Positions 1-12,719 of a stretch of DNA of 64,000 nt are shown here, piece by piece. Origin of the DNA: Eledone cirrhosa. Taxonomy: Eukaryota. The DNA lies in assembly GCA_964016885.1 (NCBI GenBank), contig OZ024740.1, positions 80,600,001 through 80,664,000 on the forward strand. Reading direction: 5' to 3'. A program made the position numbers and the translations under genes. The notes beneath the pieces are model-generated. The model was given only the letters and a program-made list of their open reading frames with translations, searched no databases and was not told the DNA's origin. Positions within the stretch are counted from its first letter, which is position 1; each line of letters begins with the position of its first letter.

Positions 1-1273
1 TTCGACATCGCAGTTTTGTTGATTAGGAGTTGTTCAGCACATACTCAAACCCTTTTCCTTCCAGCTGCTTGTTCATCTTTGATGATATTAGTATTTTTAC
101 AGTGATATTGGCGGAATAGGTTCAGGCAGGCTGTATACATCTTACACATCAGGTTCTGGCATGCAATGGGTCGGTAGTTTTTAGCCAGTTGGGTGTCTTT
201 TTTCTTAGGGATCAGTAATGTTTGTGCTAATGTCAACTATTCTGGTATAAGTGTATCTCCCTTAAGAACTTGTTGGTAGAGGTCGGTAAGATACCTCCGA
301 TAGAATATCAGATTTTTGTACCAGTAGCCGACAATCATGTTTCTTCCTGGTGTTTTCTTATCTTGGAGTTTTCCTATCACAGTCTCAAGGGTACCCTCAC
401 TTATTTCGTCTGTTTTTCTGGTAATGTAGGAGCAATAGTTCTTTTGGATTTCTTTTAGCCACACTGCATCTGGTTGAAATTCTTCTTTTCATCCCATATT
501 TTTCTCTAAAAGGAATCTATGTCTTTCTGGGATGGGGCCTCAGTGACACTTATTATTTTGCCCTTTATATCTCTATAGACTGATGTTTGGTTTCGTCTGA
601 ATCTTTTATTAAGCACTTCTGTTTCATCTACCTTCTTCGGGTATCGGCGTTTTTCGCTAACAGCTCTCAATCCTTGTTTGAGGGTGATCAGCTTATATTG
701 AACAGATCTGGTTCTACTGTTGCCAAACATCGTCTCTATTTTATTTTTCACTCTTTGTTGGTGAGGAGTGAGGTCTTTTTGCGTTTGTTTGCATGTAAAG
801 AGCATTGTCACATAACCTATGGTTCTTCGTAGGTCAGCAATCTTTTTTCTATTTTAGTTATATATGATGGTATTGTTCGCGGTGTTTTCTTCTTGTTAAT
901 ATCTCTGCTATCAGCAAGATAATGCATCACTGTCATTGCTAAGGCATATAAACAGGCGTTGATTTTTGCCAAAATGTTGGGGTTTTTATCCGTCGTAAAT
1001 ATTCATCCCCTATTTCGTCAATAACACGTAATATTTCATTATTCGGTTTTTTATTTTATTTTTTTTTTACTAAATATTGTTTTTTTTTAATACGTTCAGC
1101 AAGGGAAATGTTTATACGTGAATTAATTTCTTTCTGGAAGATTTCATTGAGGGAAATTTTCTATTGTTTATACTTTCGATTATTATCATTGTCGATAGTA
1201 TTTTCCACAATAGTCGAGGTAGACTCGGATGTTAAACATGGTGTCAAATTTGTTCGAATATTATTATTATTAT
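1..1273 (-). mobile_element. R4/Dong-like RLE-clade non-LTR retrotransposon, decayed copy 1 (N-terminal region to RT; continues past window start)
   Basis: ORF fragments 45-811 give KTPGRNMIVGYWYK and KNYRPIACQN...EQAAGRK; colinear with the longer copy at 22310-23545; interrupted at 1273 by the Tx1 insertion. Confidence 0.85.
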
Positions 1274-1478
1274 CGGTCTGTTCGGACGCTTTTTGCTCGC
1301 TCCCAGTAAGTCGCATTATTTTCCTGTTAAAATTATTTGTTATTAAATAGTTCTTGTTGTGTAAGGGATATAAGCCCTTAGACTTTGTTCTGTGAGGGGG
1401 AAAGTAAAATATTGGGGCCTTTTTGCCCAAATATTTGAACATTTTACTTTAAAAAAAAAAATTGTTTAAAAAAAACAC

Positions 1479-3390
1479 ATGGCTGAACCACGCCCCCCAG
1501 CAATATGTCTGCTGTCGTCTGACAACGGCGTAACAGTTGAGAGGAGGGTTACAAACATTACTACAACAGACACCACCACAAACAGAGTGAACAAAGACAA
1601 CACTGAGAACACTAATTTCGAAAGATTTACCACACCAACTACAACAATAACAGCGTCAACCAAAATACAGACAACAGGAAAACATGACAACAAATGCAAC
1701 AACGATATTAACACCACAAACAAGAAAATAAACAACGACAACACCAAGAGCAACAATACAAATTGCACTGAAAACAACAAAAACGGTGGCACCAAAAACA
1801 CATCCAACTACAACAGTGATAACAGCAACAACACCAACAACACCGTTGGTAGCAGTAGCAACAGCAACAGCACCAACAACAAGACCAGTAGCAGCAGTAG
1901 CGGCAGCAATAATGGTGCCGCTGAAACAGGGGCCACTTACTTCGCAGGTGTGGCCCGAAATATAGAGACAGTGCTAGTCACTGAGGAGGAGATGGCAGTC
2001 GCAAGAGCCATGGTGACAAGAAATGGCAATAGAGTTTCCCTACAACCTCCACCCGATTTCTTCAAAGATCAGCAACTGCGCACGGTGACTTACCGCACCG
2101 TAAGCAAAATGTCGCATCGGGTGGAGAGAGCTACGGAGGCTCAAATCCAAAAGGCCTTGGGGTGCGTCTGGGCGCGCAAAACCCATATCACCCGAGGCAA
2201 AAAGTACGGCACAGTAGACGTACTTTTCGCAACCCCCAAGAGGCGAAGTCTCACTCTTTGGAAACCCTAAAGAGTGAGGAGATAGTCTTGGTGCGCTCCT
2301 ATTGCGGGCAGAAAGTTGTGAGGGGCAAAGTGACCCGGGTCACACCCGACGTGCCCATACCTTGGCTGGCCGCGTCTGTACTGGCTGGAATCGAGGAGAA
2401 GACCACGATACTGCAAATACAGAGAATGGGCATGATAACTGGTCAGGAATAGGTATGCAAATGCCAATACAGACTCATAGACCTCGAAAAAGGGTTCCAT
2501 CTCCCTATAAGCGTGGAAGAAAGGCGCCCAACGTGTTATCTCTGTGGGCATAAGGGTCACCTCAGGGCCTTCTGCCCGCAGAAGAGATCCAAGAAGAGGG
2601 CCCCCTCCATCCGACACCTGATCCGCTGCTACGAAGAGCAGGGCAGGCAACAGAGGCAGAAAACCCTTCCATGGTGAGTAGGATGGTAACGTCCGTGGGA
2701 CCCATACTAAAGCCACGGACAACTAAAGCAGCGGCAGCAGTGGTGGCAACAGCAACAGTCGCAGTAGCTACGCCGGCGGTAAAATCGCCGGAGCGGACTC
2801 CACTACCACCACCAACAGCAGTGTAGCTCATGCCCCACCCGGACGCCACGGGGTCTGACATGGAGTGTGAGGCTGGAGGGAAGTGGAAAACGGTCTGCCA
2901 CAAAAAACAAAAAAGGAAAAACCCCTTAGCTTCACTTTCCAAAAGCGAAGGCAGACAAAGAGTAGTAAAGGCTGCAAGGAGACTTGCAGCAACACCACAA
3001 CCATCACTATCACCACCACAAGCATCACCAACAACAACAACCACACCACCACCACCAGCATCACCAAAAACACCAACATCGCAAACAGCAACAACAAGAA
3101 AACAGCAACAAAATCGCCCCCCTCCCCCCAAAAAAAGAAAGTAAAAGTACACATCCATAAACATGGCAAATAAACAACTCCTACAACACATACATCAGCA
3201 CACAGACATCACAAAAAAAAGCTACTACACCCCACCAACACCAAGAACTCTCCCGACGAACATAAGCATCATTAAAATCTCAATAGAACATTATAAACTT
3301 TTAAAGCAAAAATCCCCAACTCAGTTGGAGACTTCAGAGGGTCGGTTACCAAGAGGATATACACCGACATTCTCTTGGAAACACTCATGA
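1479..3390 (+). pseudogene. Tx1 ORF1 (gag-like), frameshifted
   Basis: Asn/Thr/Ser-rich N-terminus; zinc knuckle CYLCGHKGHLRAFC at ~2533-2574; Pro/Lys-rich C-terminus; several frameshifts and stops. Confidence 0.75.
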
Positions 3391-3475
3391 CCAGCCAAAG
3401 GGACGATTCTTCTGTCCCTTCACCACACGATCAAGGTGAGTGGTTCTTTCTCACTTACCCCGTTTCGCATCCAAC

Positions 3476-6400
3476 ATGGCCGTACTTAGAATGGGCAATA
3501 TAAATGTACGTGGCCTGGGGTTCTTGGAACCAGAGCCACCTGCTCAACGACCTCAGGTCACTAAACATAGATGTGGTGGCCATCAGCGAGACCAGAATCT
3601 CCGAAGCACGAGCCTTAGCACCGATCTTCGGCGGCTACGATGTATACGCATCTCCCAGCCGTCCAGGATCAGAGGGGAGGTTGCCGTGCTTTTCCGGAGA
3701 GGCTTGAATCTCGCCATACGGGCCATCTTCCTGGACCGAGAAGGTAAGTCGGTGGTGCTGGACGTGACCGGCAGCGAAGGCAATGCTTTCAGGCTAAAAG
3801 CTGTCTACGCCCCAGCAGGGGCAGGACGGCAAGATTTCTTCAGACGTCTAGAGATCTTCCTTGGAACGTCCGGCTCTTTAGTGTTAGTGCGCGACTGGAA
3901 CGGTATCTTAGATGCACGCTGGGATTATGTGGGGATAGTAGACAGGGAAGGAGGGTGTAAAAGCCTCAACAACCTGCTCAGACGTTTTGAACTGTCTGAC
4001 AGGTATAGAGTGGATTATCCGAATGTGCCAATGTGGACATGGACAAACCGCATCGGGCCATCCAGATCATATTTAGATAGGGTATTCTGTAGTAAAACAG
4101 ATAAGGCTAGTGTAGGTTGTCCACAATCTAAAGTAGTCGAGTACACGGACCACAAACTTGTGATCTGTAAAGTTAGATAGACTCCAAAGGCAAGGGCCCG
4201 GCTAGTGGAAGCTGAAAGCGTCGTTCCCGGCGCGCAACGCCTACAGAGACCGGATTAGCGAATTAGTTAAGCGTACGTTGACGGGTGCGATCGTCAACAA
4301 CAGGTGGTGGTTTACCCTGAAAAGGGCTATTAGAGTAGAATCTAGAAGGTTTAGCAAAGGAGTAGTGATAGAGGAAAATAGAGTAGAATGAGAGTTAGTT
4401 AGAAAGCTAGAAGTGGCAAAGCATGAAGGCTGCGTTGTCACAGCTAGAGCGCGTGCTCTAAGACACGAGGGGACGAAAGCCGTTCAATGGGCCCGGGTGG
4501 TGGTTGCGCCACGTGGCAACAAGTCCGCAGATTTGTGCGGCTTTTCAACAACACTTTGCTAAATTGTTCGGGAGCGGCGGCGGGCCGGCTCGGAGTATGG
4601 ACTTCGGTGCATACCTCGACGGACTGCCGCGGATCTCGACGACCTCAGCGCAGGGCTGTGAAAAGCCGATAACAGCAGGTGAAATACGGGGCGCGATGTC
4701 TGACTGCACGAGGGGTAAATCGCCAGATTTGGATGGTCTGCCCTACGAGCTTTATGAATATATGCCAGACTTGTTCGGCGATCTCTTGGCAGATGTCTAC
4801 TGCAACTGGCAGCAGAACGGTGGCGCTGCTGAGAAAAGACCCGAATAAGTGGGACCTTATAGACAACTTCAGGTTCATAACTCTGCTAAACGCAGAGTTT
4901 AAGATTTTAGCCAAGGTGTTAGCAAAGAGATTGGCGCTTGTCGACGATGATCTGGTGGGAGAGGCGCAGACGTGCGCCATCCCGGACAGATCCATCCACG
5001 ACAACCTCAATCTCATGCGATACATCATAGGTGGTTAAGGAACCTGGCACGGGTGGGGCCCTGATCAACTTGGATCAATCTAAAGCATTTGATAGGGTCG
5101 ACCATCGGTACCTGGCTGCGGTCCTCGAGGCGGCCGGCTCCGGACCCGTTTTTAGGGGCTGGATCGCTGCGATGAGCAGCAACATCTGCTCGATTGTGAG
5201 GCTGAATGGTCACCTGTAGCAGCCTTTCAGTATCACGCGCTCCGTCCGCCAGGGTTGCTCCTCTCGTCCCTCTTGTACGTAATGGCCCTAGAGCCTGTAC
5301 TACACAAATGGGAGACGATGATGGTGTCCCACGCGAACTAGGATACGGGAGATCCGTGTCAGCTTACGCTGACGACGTCACCGTGGTGGTGTCGAGCACC
5401 AAACACGTCTAGATGCTCGGCACCGCTCTCAAGGAATACGAAGCGGTGACTGGAGCAAGATAAACCAGGAAATGTCGGTGGGCTTGTAACTCGGCATCTG
5501 GAGAGGCAAGTCCATGCCGTCCGACAGTGTCGTGGAGCGCTGGACGGAAGGACTGGTTAAATTGCTCGGAGTCTGGTTCGGTCCGGACTTCCAGATGGAG
5601 AAACACTGGAGCGAGGTGACGAGCAGGGTCCTTTCTCACCCAGAAATGAGTCGAGAGGAGGATGTCTCTGAAAGGTCGGGTGGAGGTGGCGAATGAGTAC
5701 ATAGCGTCCGTTATCTGCTACCGCCTGACCGTCGTACCTAGCCCCCGCCCAACTCTGACCAAAATGGAGCGCCTTCTCTACCGCTTTTTGTGGAAGGGAC
5801 GTGCTCGTATGGTCAGACGATCCATTTGCTCTCAACACCCGTTGCGTGGAGGACTAGGCATGCCGTGGCTGATGATGCGCAAACATGCGCTGAGGCTGCG
5901 TCATCTCTGGTGCTTCCTTGACGGGGAACAGGTGTGGTCGCCGTTTGCCAGACGCGCTTTTCCCCAACTCGTCTCCTTGATGGAGCTACAGTCCTGGATC
6001 AGGAAAATACCGAGGGATAGCGCTTGGAAGCTGAAATGTCTCCAGCGCTCGCCGCCCTCTACCGGCTGGGCACTAGTATCGGTGGAACATCCACCTCGGC
6101 GTTCCATAGAGGGCTAGTGGAGGGAAAGAGCGACGACGTCTCGGGGAGACCCTGGGCGTCGAAGACGATCAGCTGTTCCCTCTCTCCAAGAGAACTTTCA
6201 GACCGGGGCCTATGAACATCTTCCAGAAATCCCTGGCTGGCAGTGCTACCGGGGAGCGTTGCCGGTTCGGGATAAGCTCTACAAGCACGGAGGTGTTGTC
6301 AGCCAAGCCTGTCCGAGATGCACGCAGAGCGACGAAACCGTCCTGTACGCACTCGTTCAGTGCCCGAGGATTGCTGACTTGTGGAGCTATGTCGAACAGC

Positions 6401-6761
6401 TGCTGTCGCGTGTAGGACTGAGTCCATTGTGCAGATAGTTACGCCATCCTCCTTTAAAGAGGAGGAAGAGCAGGCAGTTTTCATCTTCCTGATGGATATG
6501 GGGAAAGAGATTGTGTGGTGGACAAGATTGAAAGGGTTGAAGACGAACACTTTCCTCTCCGGCCAATCCCTGATTAACTTTTTCAAGTTTCACTTCAAGA
6601 GGAAAATCAGGGTGGAGAGGCAAGTGCTGTCTTCTAGTAAGTTTGTTGAAAGATGGGTGAAAGTGGCGAGCTTCCAAGCGCTATCCCTCGGTATTTTCCT
6701 GATCCAGGACTGTAGCTCCACTCTGAGTATACGCTTGTTGACTGAGGAGTGGGAAAAGTGA
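3476..6761 (+). pseudogene. Tx1 ORF2 (AP endonuclease + reverse transcriptase + C-terminal zinc finger), disrupted
   Basis: NINVRGL, ISET, SYLDR, TDHK (APE); [27 protein letters not shown] at ~5366 (RT); CPRC..DETVLYALVQC at ~6309. Confidence 0.9.
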
Positions 6762-6980
6762 GAGAGGGCGCTTGCCATGGTGGTCAGGGTGGCCGTGGTC
6801 TTTAATGTGGTTTTCACCACGAATGACCCTCGGAGGTTTTTTGATGTTTGAATTTGTTTAGATTTCTAGCCCGATTTTCTTATAACGTGTTTACACGATC
6901 CACTTTTTATCGTCCTGTACTGTTCTGTGTTGTCTCTACTGTTTTTCTTCGTGTCAGCCCTTGTGGCCAATAAAGAAACC

Positions 6981-7247
6981 ATTATTTCTTCGATTATTAT
7001 TATTATTATCGATAGTGTTTTCTCCAGCATTCGAGGTAGACTCAGATGGTACACGTGGTGTCAAATTTCTTACAGGCATAGTTGTTTCAAGGCACTGTTC
7101 GACCTGGCTACTAGGAAGTCTAGTAGCACGTGTTATTGATTCCATGTTTGTCGGGATTTACAATTAATAATATTTATCTTATTTTTACGTTCAACAAACG
7201 TCGCTTGTTGGCGTAATTGTTTCGCTGTGAAGTGATTTAGCTCTGGG
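6981..7247 (-). mobile_element. 5' continuation of R4-like copy 1 beyond the Tx1 insertion
   Basis: Matches 23545-23825 of the longer copy; ends at a (TATG)-type microsatellite. Confidence 0.85.
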
Positions 7248-7549
7248 TGTATGTATGTATGAATGTATTTATGTACGTATGTATGTATGTATGACTGTAT
7301 GTATGTATGCATGTAAGTATGAATATATGCGTGTGGTGTGTGTGTTTATAGTCTGTGTATATGTATGAATGTGATTCCAATGTACAAACACGCACGTCTA
7401 TATGGGAATATTTCTTCAACAAAAAATCGGACACTTCTGTCTATATATATCTCATACGACACATTTATTTCTAGCATGAATTCACAATTCTAGCATGAAT
7501 TTACATACGTTTTTTCTGGCAGTCAGAGTATAATAAGACAATTGAGTGT

Positions 7550-8330
7550 CTTTATAAATCACCTTCCTGCTATAGTCAACCCCTTTAATTCTCCTCTTTC
7601 GCCTACCTCTCTTATACTAAAATAAATATATAAATTCTATTGCCTCTCTCCAACACCACATTCTGAACATCAAACGTCTCTCCCATGAATAAATCAATTA
7701 GTTTCAAAATCTTGGAACATAATTCTATCTTATTCTCCTAGATGACCTTTATTATAGCAAAACAAATTCACACACACTAAATGTCTTCAATCGCAAACAA
7801 ATCACACTACTATCACACAAGTCTACGTCCCCATACAACGCTTAATCTATGTTCTGGCACCTTGCCACGACAAGCAGAAATCTATTTTGTGTTTCATAGA
7901 ATTCATCTCTCACAAATTATCCTTTCTCATAAATAAACCTACATACATCTTTTCTAGCTTCTTTTAATTGCCACCGTTTTACAAACATCTCTAGCTGTAT
8001 TTTCTACTAATCGAAATAAATCTCTTATGACTTATTTCTATTTTATTTTAGACAATCTCTAACAGATTTGCTCACACTCGCATGCTCCCACACCTACACA
8101 CACAGGAACAGTACCTACATCGGAAGGAAAGCAAATACTGTCCACACCTAACGCATTACATACATAAAAATCTCTTTTAGCTATATTTATCCCGCATAAA
8201 TACAACCCCAATTTTTAGAACAAGGTAGTGAGGCAAAAGCTACTACTCACTCTAGAGTATTCAACGTTTCATTACTCAAAATAAAAGCTTTACTCTACCC
8301 ATGAATTAAACCTTGTGTTTGAAGCAATTG
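7550..8330 (+). mobile_element. Possible ancient Penelope-like remnant
   Basis: Degenerate translations LILLDD..VFNRK (RT thumb-like) and STYIG..RI (GIY-YIG-like); heavily eroded. Confidence 0.3.
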
Positions 8331-9506
8331 ACACTAAACATGTAGGCAATAGAAGACGTTAGTAGAATTTATACTGCCTTTTAATACATACAGACATACA
8401 GACATATATGCATATCTGACTACATATGAAATATATATACATCAATGTTTGTGTATCAAATTTCAAATTTCAGCTTTAAAGCACATCTTTTGTTTCGGAA
8501 ATATTCCAAATGCAGTCTCGTTAACAATTACTCAATTATTGGTTTTGTACCATAAGAAACACAAAAGCTTCAACATTTGCCCAGAAATCTCATAGTCAAC
8601 TTTACGTAGTGTAATACTTGTGCACAATCAAGAGTAGAATGAGCCAGCCCAAATACCAATCTGATTTATAATGAAAAGCAACAGTGATGCCAATATATGG
8701 TCGTACGATATTTGTCCGTACTGTCATATAACAAGATACTATATTCCATGGAACCTAAGTGTTGCAAAAGTAACACATATGGAGTTAGAATGTTACAACA
8801 CACACACACATACATACACGCTCACACACACATACACACAACAATAACAACAACAACACACACACATATAAGTATAGCTTTTCCCGGTTTCTTACTAGGA
8901 GATTATTGCCAACAACCTTACACAAGTAGACGTCACAGTTATTCAAATTATGATTACGTTGCTAAGAGGATAAATATAATGATATAGCAAATATATATTC
9001 TTGAACAAATTGTTTATAGTATTAAATGGTTCCACAAACAAACAGCAGATTTGCCTCACTGCTATCTCGAAAGAGATTGGATTGGGATAACTCTTAAATA
9101 AAAAAAATAAAAAAACGCGAGGTGACTATATTTGAGACAAAGGAGTGTAGAAATTGCTTCAAAAATAATTACAGAAAATAATGGCTTTCTTCCAAATTTT
9201 GAAGTGTCAATTTAACGTTACTTCCTATCCTGAAGCATATGCCATTCGACTGATATCATTTTGTAATAGAATACATATAATTGTATGGAATGCAGAATAA
9301 AACATAGGTTTCTGTCTGCAATACTGCTGTGGAAACTATTGCGATGGATTCTTGTTTTTTGGGGCTTTTAATCGTTCAGTCCTCAATTCAGAGATTTCAG
9401 ACGGCGATATTGGAAAAAAATATAATTCCAAAGGACAAATGTATTCTCATATTATAGAAAGTGATAAATAAATGGATAGATAGATATATATATAAATACA
9501 GAGAGA

Positions 9507-9561
<55 letters not shown>

Positions 9562-9566
<5 letters not shown>

Positions 9567-10545
9567 AATAAGGGCGCTGCGGAGTTGCAAATGGGTTACA
9601 TATGAAAAAAGTTTGTCCTTCATCAGTGATCTTCCAACTATCATAGGCATTTCATCGCTTTAAAGACCATATACCTCCGGTTGGTGCGAGCAACGGCTAA
9701 AAAAAGTCGTTGGGACACGTAAATAAAGGGGACGCGAGGGTAAACAAACAAAATAGTGAAGCAAAAGAAAGTGAGGAAGAAAGAGACAAGTCCCAGATTT
9801 CTATGAATTTAAATTCGGTGAAATCGTGAACGAGAGAATAAAGACCATCAAACCTGGTTGAAATGTGGGCAAGGAAGGAATTTCGCACAGGTCTAACGGG
9901 AGGAAGAAGGGGTCTGGTCTGCGAATTCGGTAAACATAAGTTCTGTGAAATCGTAGACGAGAGAGAGAAAAAATTCGGACCAGCTTGGCCGAGCGTGCGA
10001 GAGAAAAGAATTACACACAGGTCAAACGGGAAGAAAGAGGAGGAGGAGAGGTAGTGACAGAGAATGAGTGAGTGAAGGGTGAGGAAGAGGCTAACAGAGA
10101 GAGAGACTGCTAGAAAGGGTAAATATACATAGAACGAAAAAGACGTGTAGCAGCAGAGGAAAAAATATGTGTAAATATGATAATAAGGGCGCTGCGGAGT
10201 TGCAAATGGGTTACATATGAAAAAAGTTTGTCCTTCATCAGTGATCTTCCAACCATCATAGGCATTTCATCGCTTTAAAGACCATATACCTCCGGTTGGT
10301 GCGAGCAACGGCTAAAAAAAGTCGTTGGGACACGTAAATAAAGGGGACGCGAGGGTAAACAAACAAAATGGTGAAGTAACAGAAAGTGAGGAAGAAAGAG
10401 ACAAGTCCCAGATTTCTATGAATTTAAATTCGGTGAAATCGTGAACGAGAGAATAAAGACCATCAAACCTGGTTGAAATGTGGGCAAGGAAGGAATTTCG
10501 CACAGGTCTAACGAGGAAAAAATATGTGTAAATATGATATTAAGG
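9562..10545 (-). repeat. ~615-bp partial tandem repeat (family T), pseudo-LTR-like, ending at (TA)n
   Basis: CTGATGAAGGAC landmark (minus strand) at 9626 and 10241, period 615; same family at 12720-13985 and 33328-34005. Confidence 0.85.
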
Positions 10546-10734
10546 GCAAAAAAAGATGAAATCGAAAATGCAACTGGAGTCTTATTTAAAAAAAAATATA
10601 TAAACAATATATATATTTATTTCGGTCCTTTACCGGTTTCGCAGTTCTTCTGCTTTTTAAAAGTAGAGTTGAGATGGAGGGTCTGTGGTTTTCTCACATC
10701 TGGTTGGTCTTTGAATGTTACTTGTTTTATATGG

Positions 10735-11285
10735 AAAAAAGTGGCTCGAAACGCCAGGTTTTTATAGAAGTAATTTGATTGGTTAGTCAATAAGTATAAT
10801 AAATTTCTCGCCAGTTCGCGTTACAAAGTTCTTCAAAGAAGGGTGGGGTGCGCAGGTTGTTTTATTCATATATGAGTGTTTGAATTACTTTTTACTTAAA
10901 AAAGGGGGCTCACGAAGGCTTTTTCTAAAAAAATGTAATCTCATTGGTTATAAATGAAATTATGGCTGTCACGTGGTTCATTAAATTTCGCGCCCGTATT
11001 TCGGAATTTGTTTGTACTTAAAAAAAGGGGCTCACGAAGGCTTTTTCTAAAAGAATGTAATCTGATTGGTTATAAATAAAATTATGGCTGTCACGTGAAC
11101 AAATTCATTAAATTTCGCGCCCGTATTTCGGAATTTGTTTTGTAGCCTCTTAGAGAATTTTATGACAATAAAAAAAGTGGCCCACGAAGGCTTTTTTAAA
11201 AAAATGCAAATTGATTGGTTATAAATGAAAATATTGCTGTCACGTGAAAAAGTTCCGCGCCCGAATTATTTATTTTGTAGCCATT
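10735..11285 (+). promoter_or_regulatory. Array of 3-4 ~125-bp units each with ATTGG (CCAAT), TATAAA, CACGTG and TTTCGCGC motifs
   Basis: Repeated ATTGGTTATAAA..GTCACGTG..TTTCGCGCCC; function is inferred only. Confidence 0.4.
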
Positions 11286-12075
11286 TAGAGAATGTTATGC
11301 CAAGCAACAGAATGGTCAAGAGAAATGGGATGGGAGAATTGTTCTGGTTCAGTGAATATGGCTAGTTCGCTGGGGTGTCAGAGTTCTGATTTTCTATTGA
11401 AATAAAGAAAGTAGTCATATGTATGTTTATTTGTGTGTTCTGTGTGTGTGTGTGTGTATAGGAAGATGATTCTATTGGGAGAAATGGGGGAGGGAGTTGT
11501 GTGTGTGTTTATGGGTGTTATGTGTGTGTGTGAGTATGTTAAGATGGAGAGAATATATATATATTTTGTGTGTGTGTGTAGGAAAGTGATTCTATTAGTA
11601 GAAATGGGGGAGGGAGTTGTGTGTGTGTGTGTGTGTGGGGGGGGGTTATGTGTGTGTGTATGGGTGTTATGTGTGTGTGGGTGTATGGTTAGCATGTTAA
11701 GATGAAGAGAATATATATTTTGTGTGTGTGTAGGAAAATGATTACGTTAGTAGGAATATTTTTGAATGAACATATTTTCCTTACTTGTTCGTATTTGTTC
11801 TGTTGTATTGTCAGCGCAAACGTATGTTAAGATTTATTTAGTTCGGGTTTTTTATTTTCTAAACTAGAAGATGTTATGTGTGTATGTATGTGTTTGTTTG
11901 GATGGTTAGCATGTTATGGTGTTGATATAATGTATATTAAACCATATTTAATGGTGGTCTATATTTTTGAATAAACATATATTCCTTATTTATTCGTATT
12001 AGTTCTGTTGTATTGTCAGCGCAAAGGTAAAATGGGAAGATTGGGAATTTGAGTGTCGTATTACTTGCGCAAGAG

Positions 12076-12106
<31 letters not shown>

Positions 12107-12117
12107 TAGAGCGATAG

Positions 12118-12202
<85 letters not shown>

Positions 12203-12333
12203 AATCTCAAAGGATTGGTGATAAATATATTTCCAAAGAATTTGGAAGCCGAGTGCTATTTTATAGACTCAGTAAGATTAATGATATATTTAAAGAAAGA
12301 GTCAGAGAAATAAAGAAATTGAGAGGGTGGGGG

Positions 12334-12421
<88 letters not shown>

Positions 12422-12424
<3 letters not shown>

Positions 12425-12482
12425 CAAATGTTCAAGGCCCCAACGGCAGGGCTCAAGCCGTTTCGACGGCTGTTTCTGGACT
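12422..12482 (-). mobile_element. ~60-bp 3'-terminal stub of the PLE at 59562-61820 (3' half of its hammerhead)
   Basis: CCCCAACGGC..GCCGTTTCGACGGCT..CTGGACT matches 59575-59620 and 55118-55175; abuts (TA)n. Confidence 0.75.
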
Positions 12483-12501
12483 ATCTTCGTTATATATATA
12501 G

Positions 12502-12660
12502 ATCGGTAGAGGGTCGGACGCCATGCTTTCCAGCATAGTTACGTCACTTTACGATCTGAGTTCAATCCCGCCGAGGTTGATTTGCCTTTCATCCCTACGG
12601 GGTGGATAAAATAAAGTACCAGTAATGCACTGGGTAATTGCCTAATGTAGAAACAGTTAT
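12502..12660 (+). mobile_element. tRNA-derived SINE (octopus-type), 5'-truncated
   Basis: B box GAGTTCAATCC at ~12559; body TTTGCCTTTCATCC..GATAAAATAAAGTACCAGT shared with 60746-60938. Confidence 0.85.
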
Positions 12661-12719
12661 ATATATATATGTATATATATATAAATATATATATTCATAT
12701 ATAATATATATATATATAT

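Larger units (their letters stand above)
1274..6980 (+). mobile_element. Full-length but decayed L1/Tx1-clade LINE inserted in an (ATT)n tract of the R4-like element
   Basis: ORF1 with CCHC knuckle, ORF2 with APE-RT-CCHC, AATAAA at 6969-6974; R4-like sequence resumes at 6981; ATTAT flanks both ends. Confidence 0.9.

Noticed and set aside
8600-8760. Possible minus-strand host exon (VPWNIVSCYMTVRT..)
   Set aside because: Acceptor-like AG and a 50-codon open frame only; no recognisable homology or partner exons
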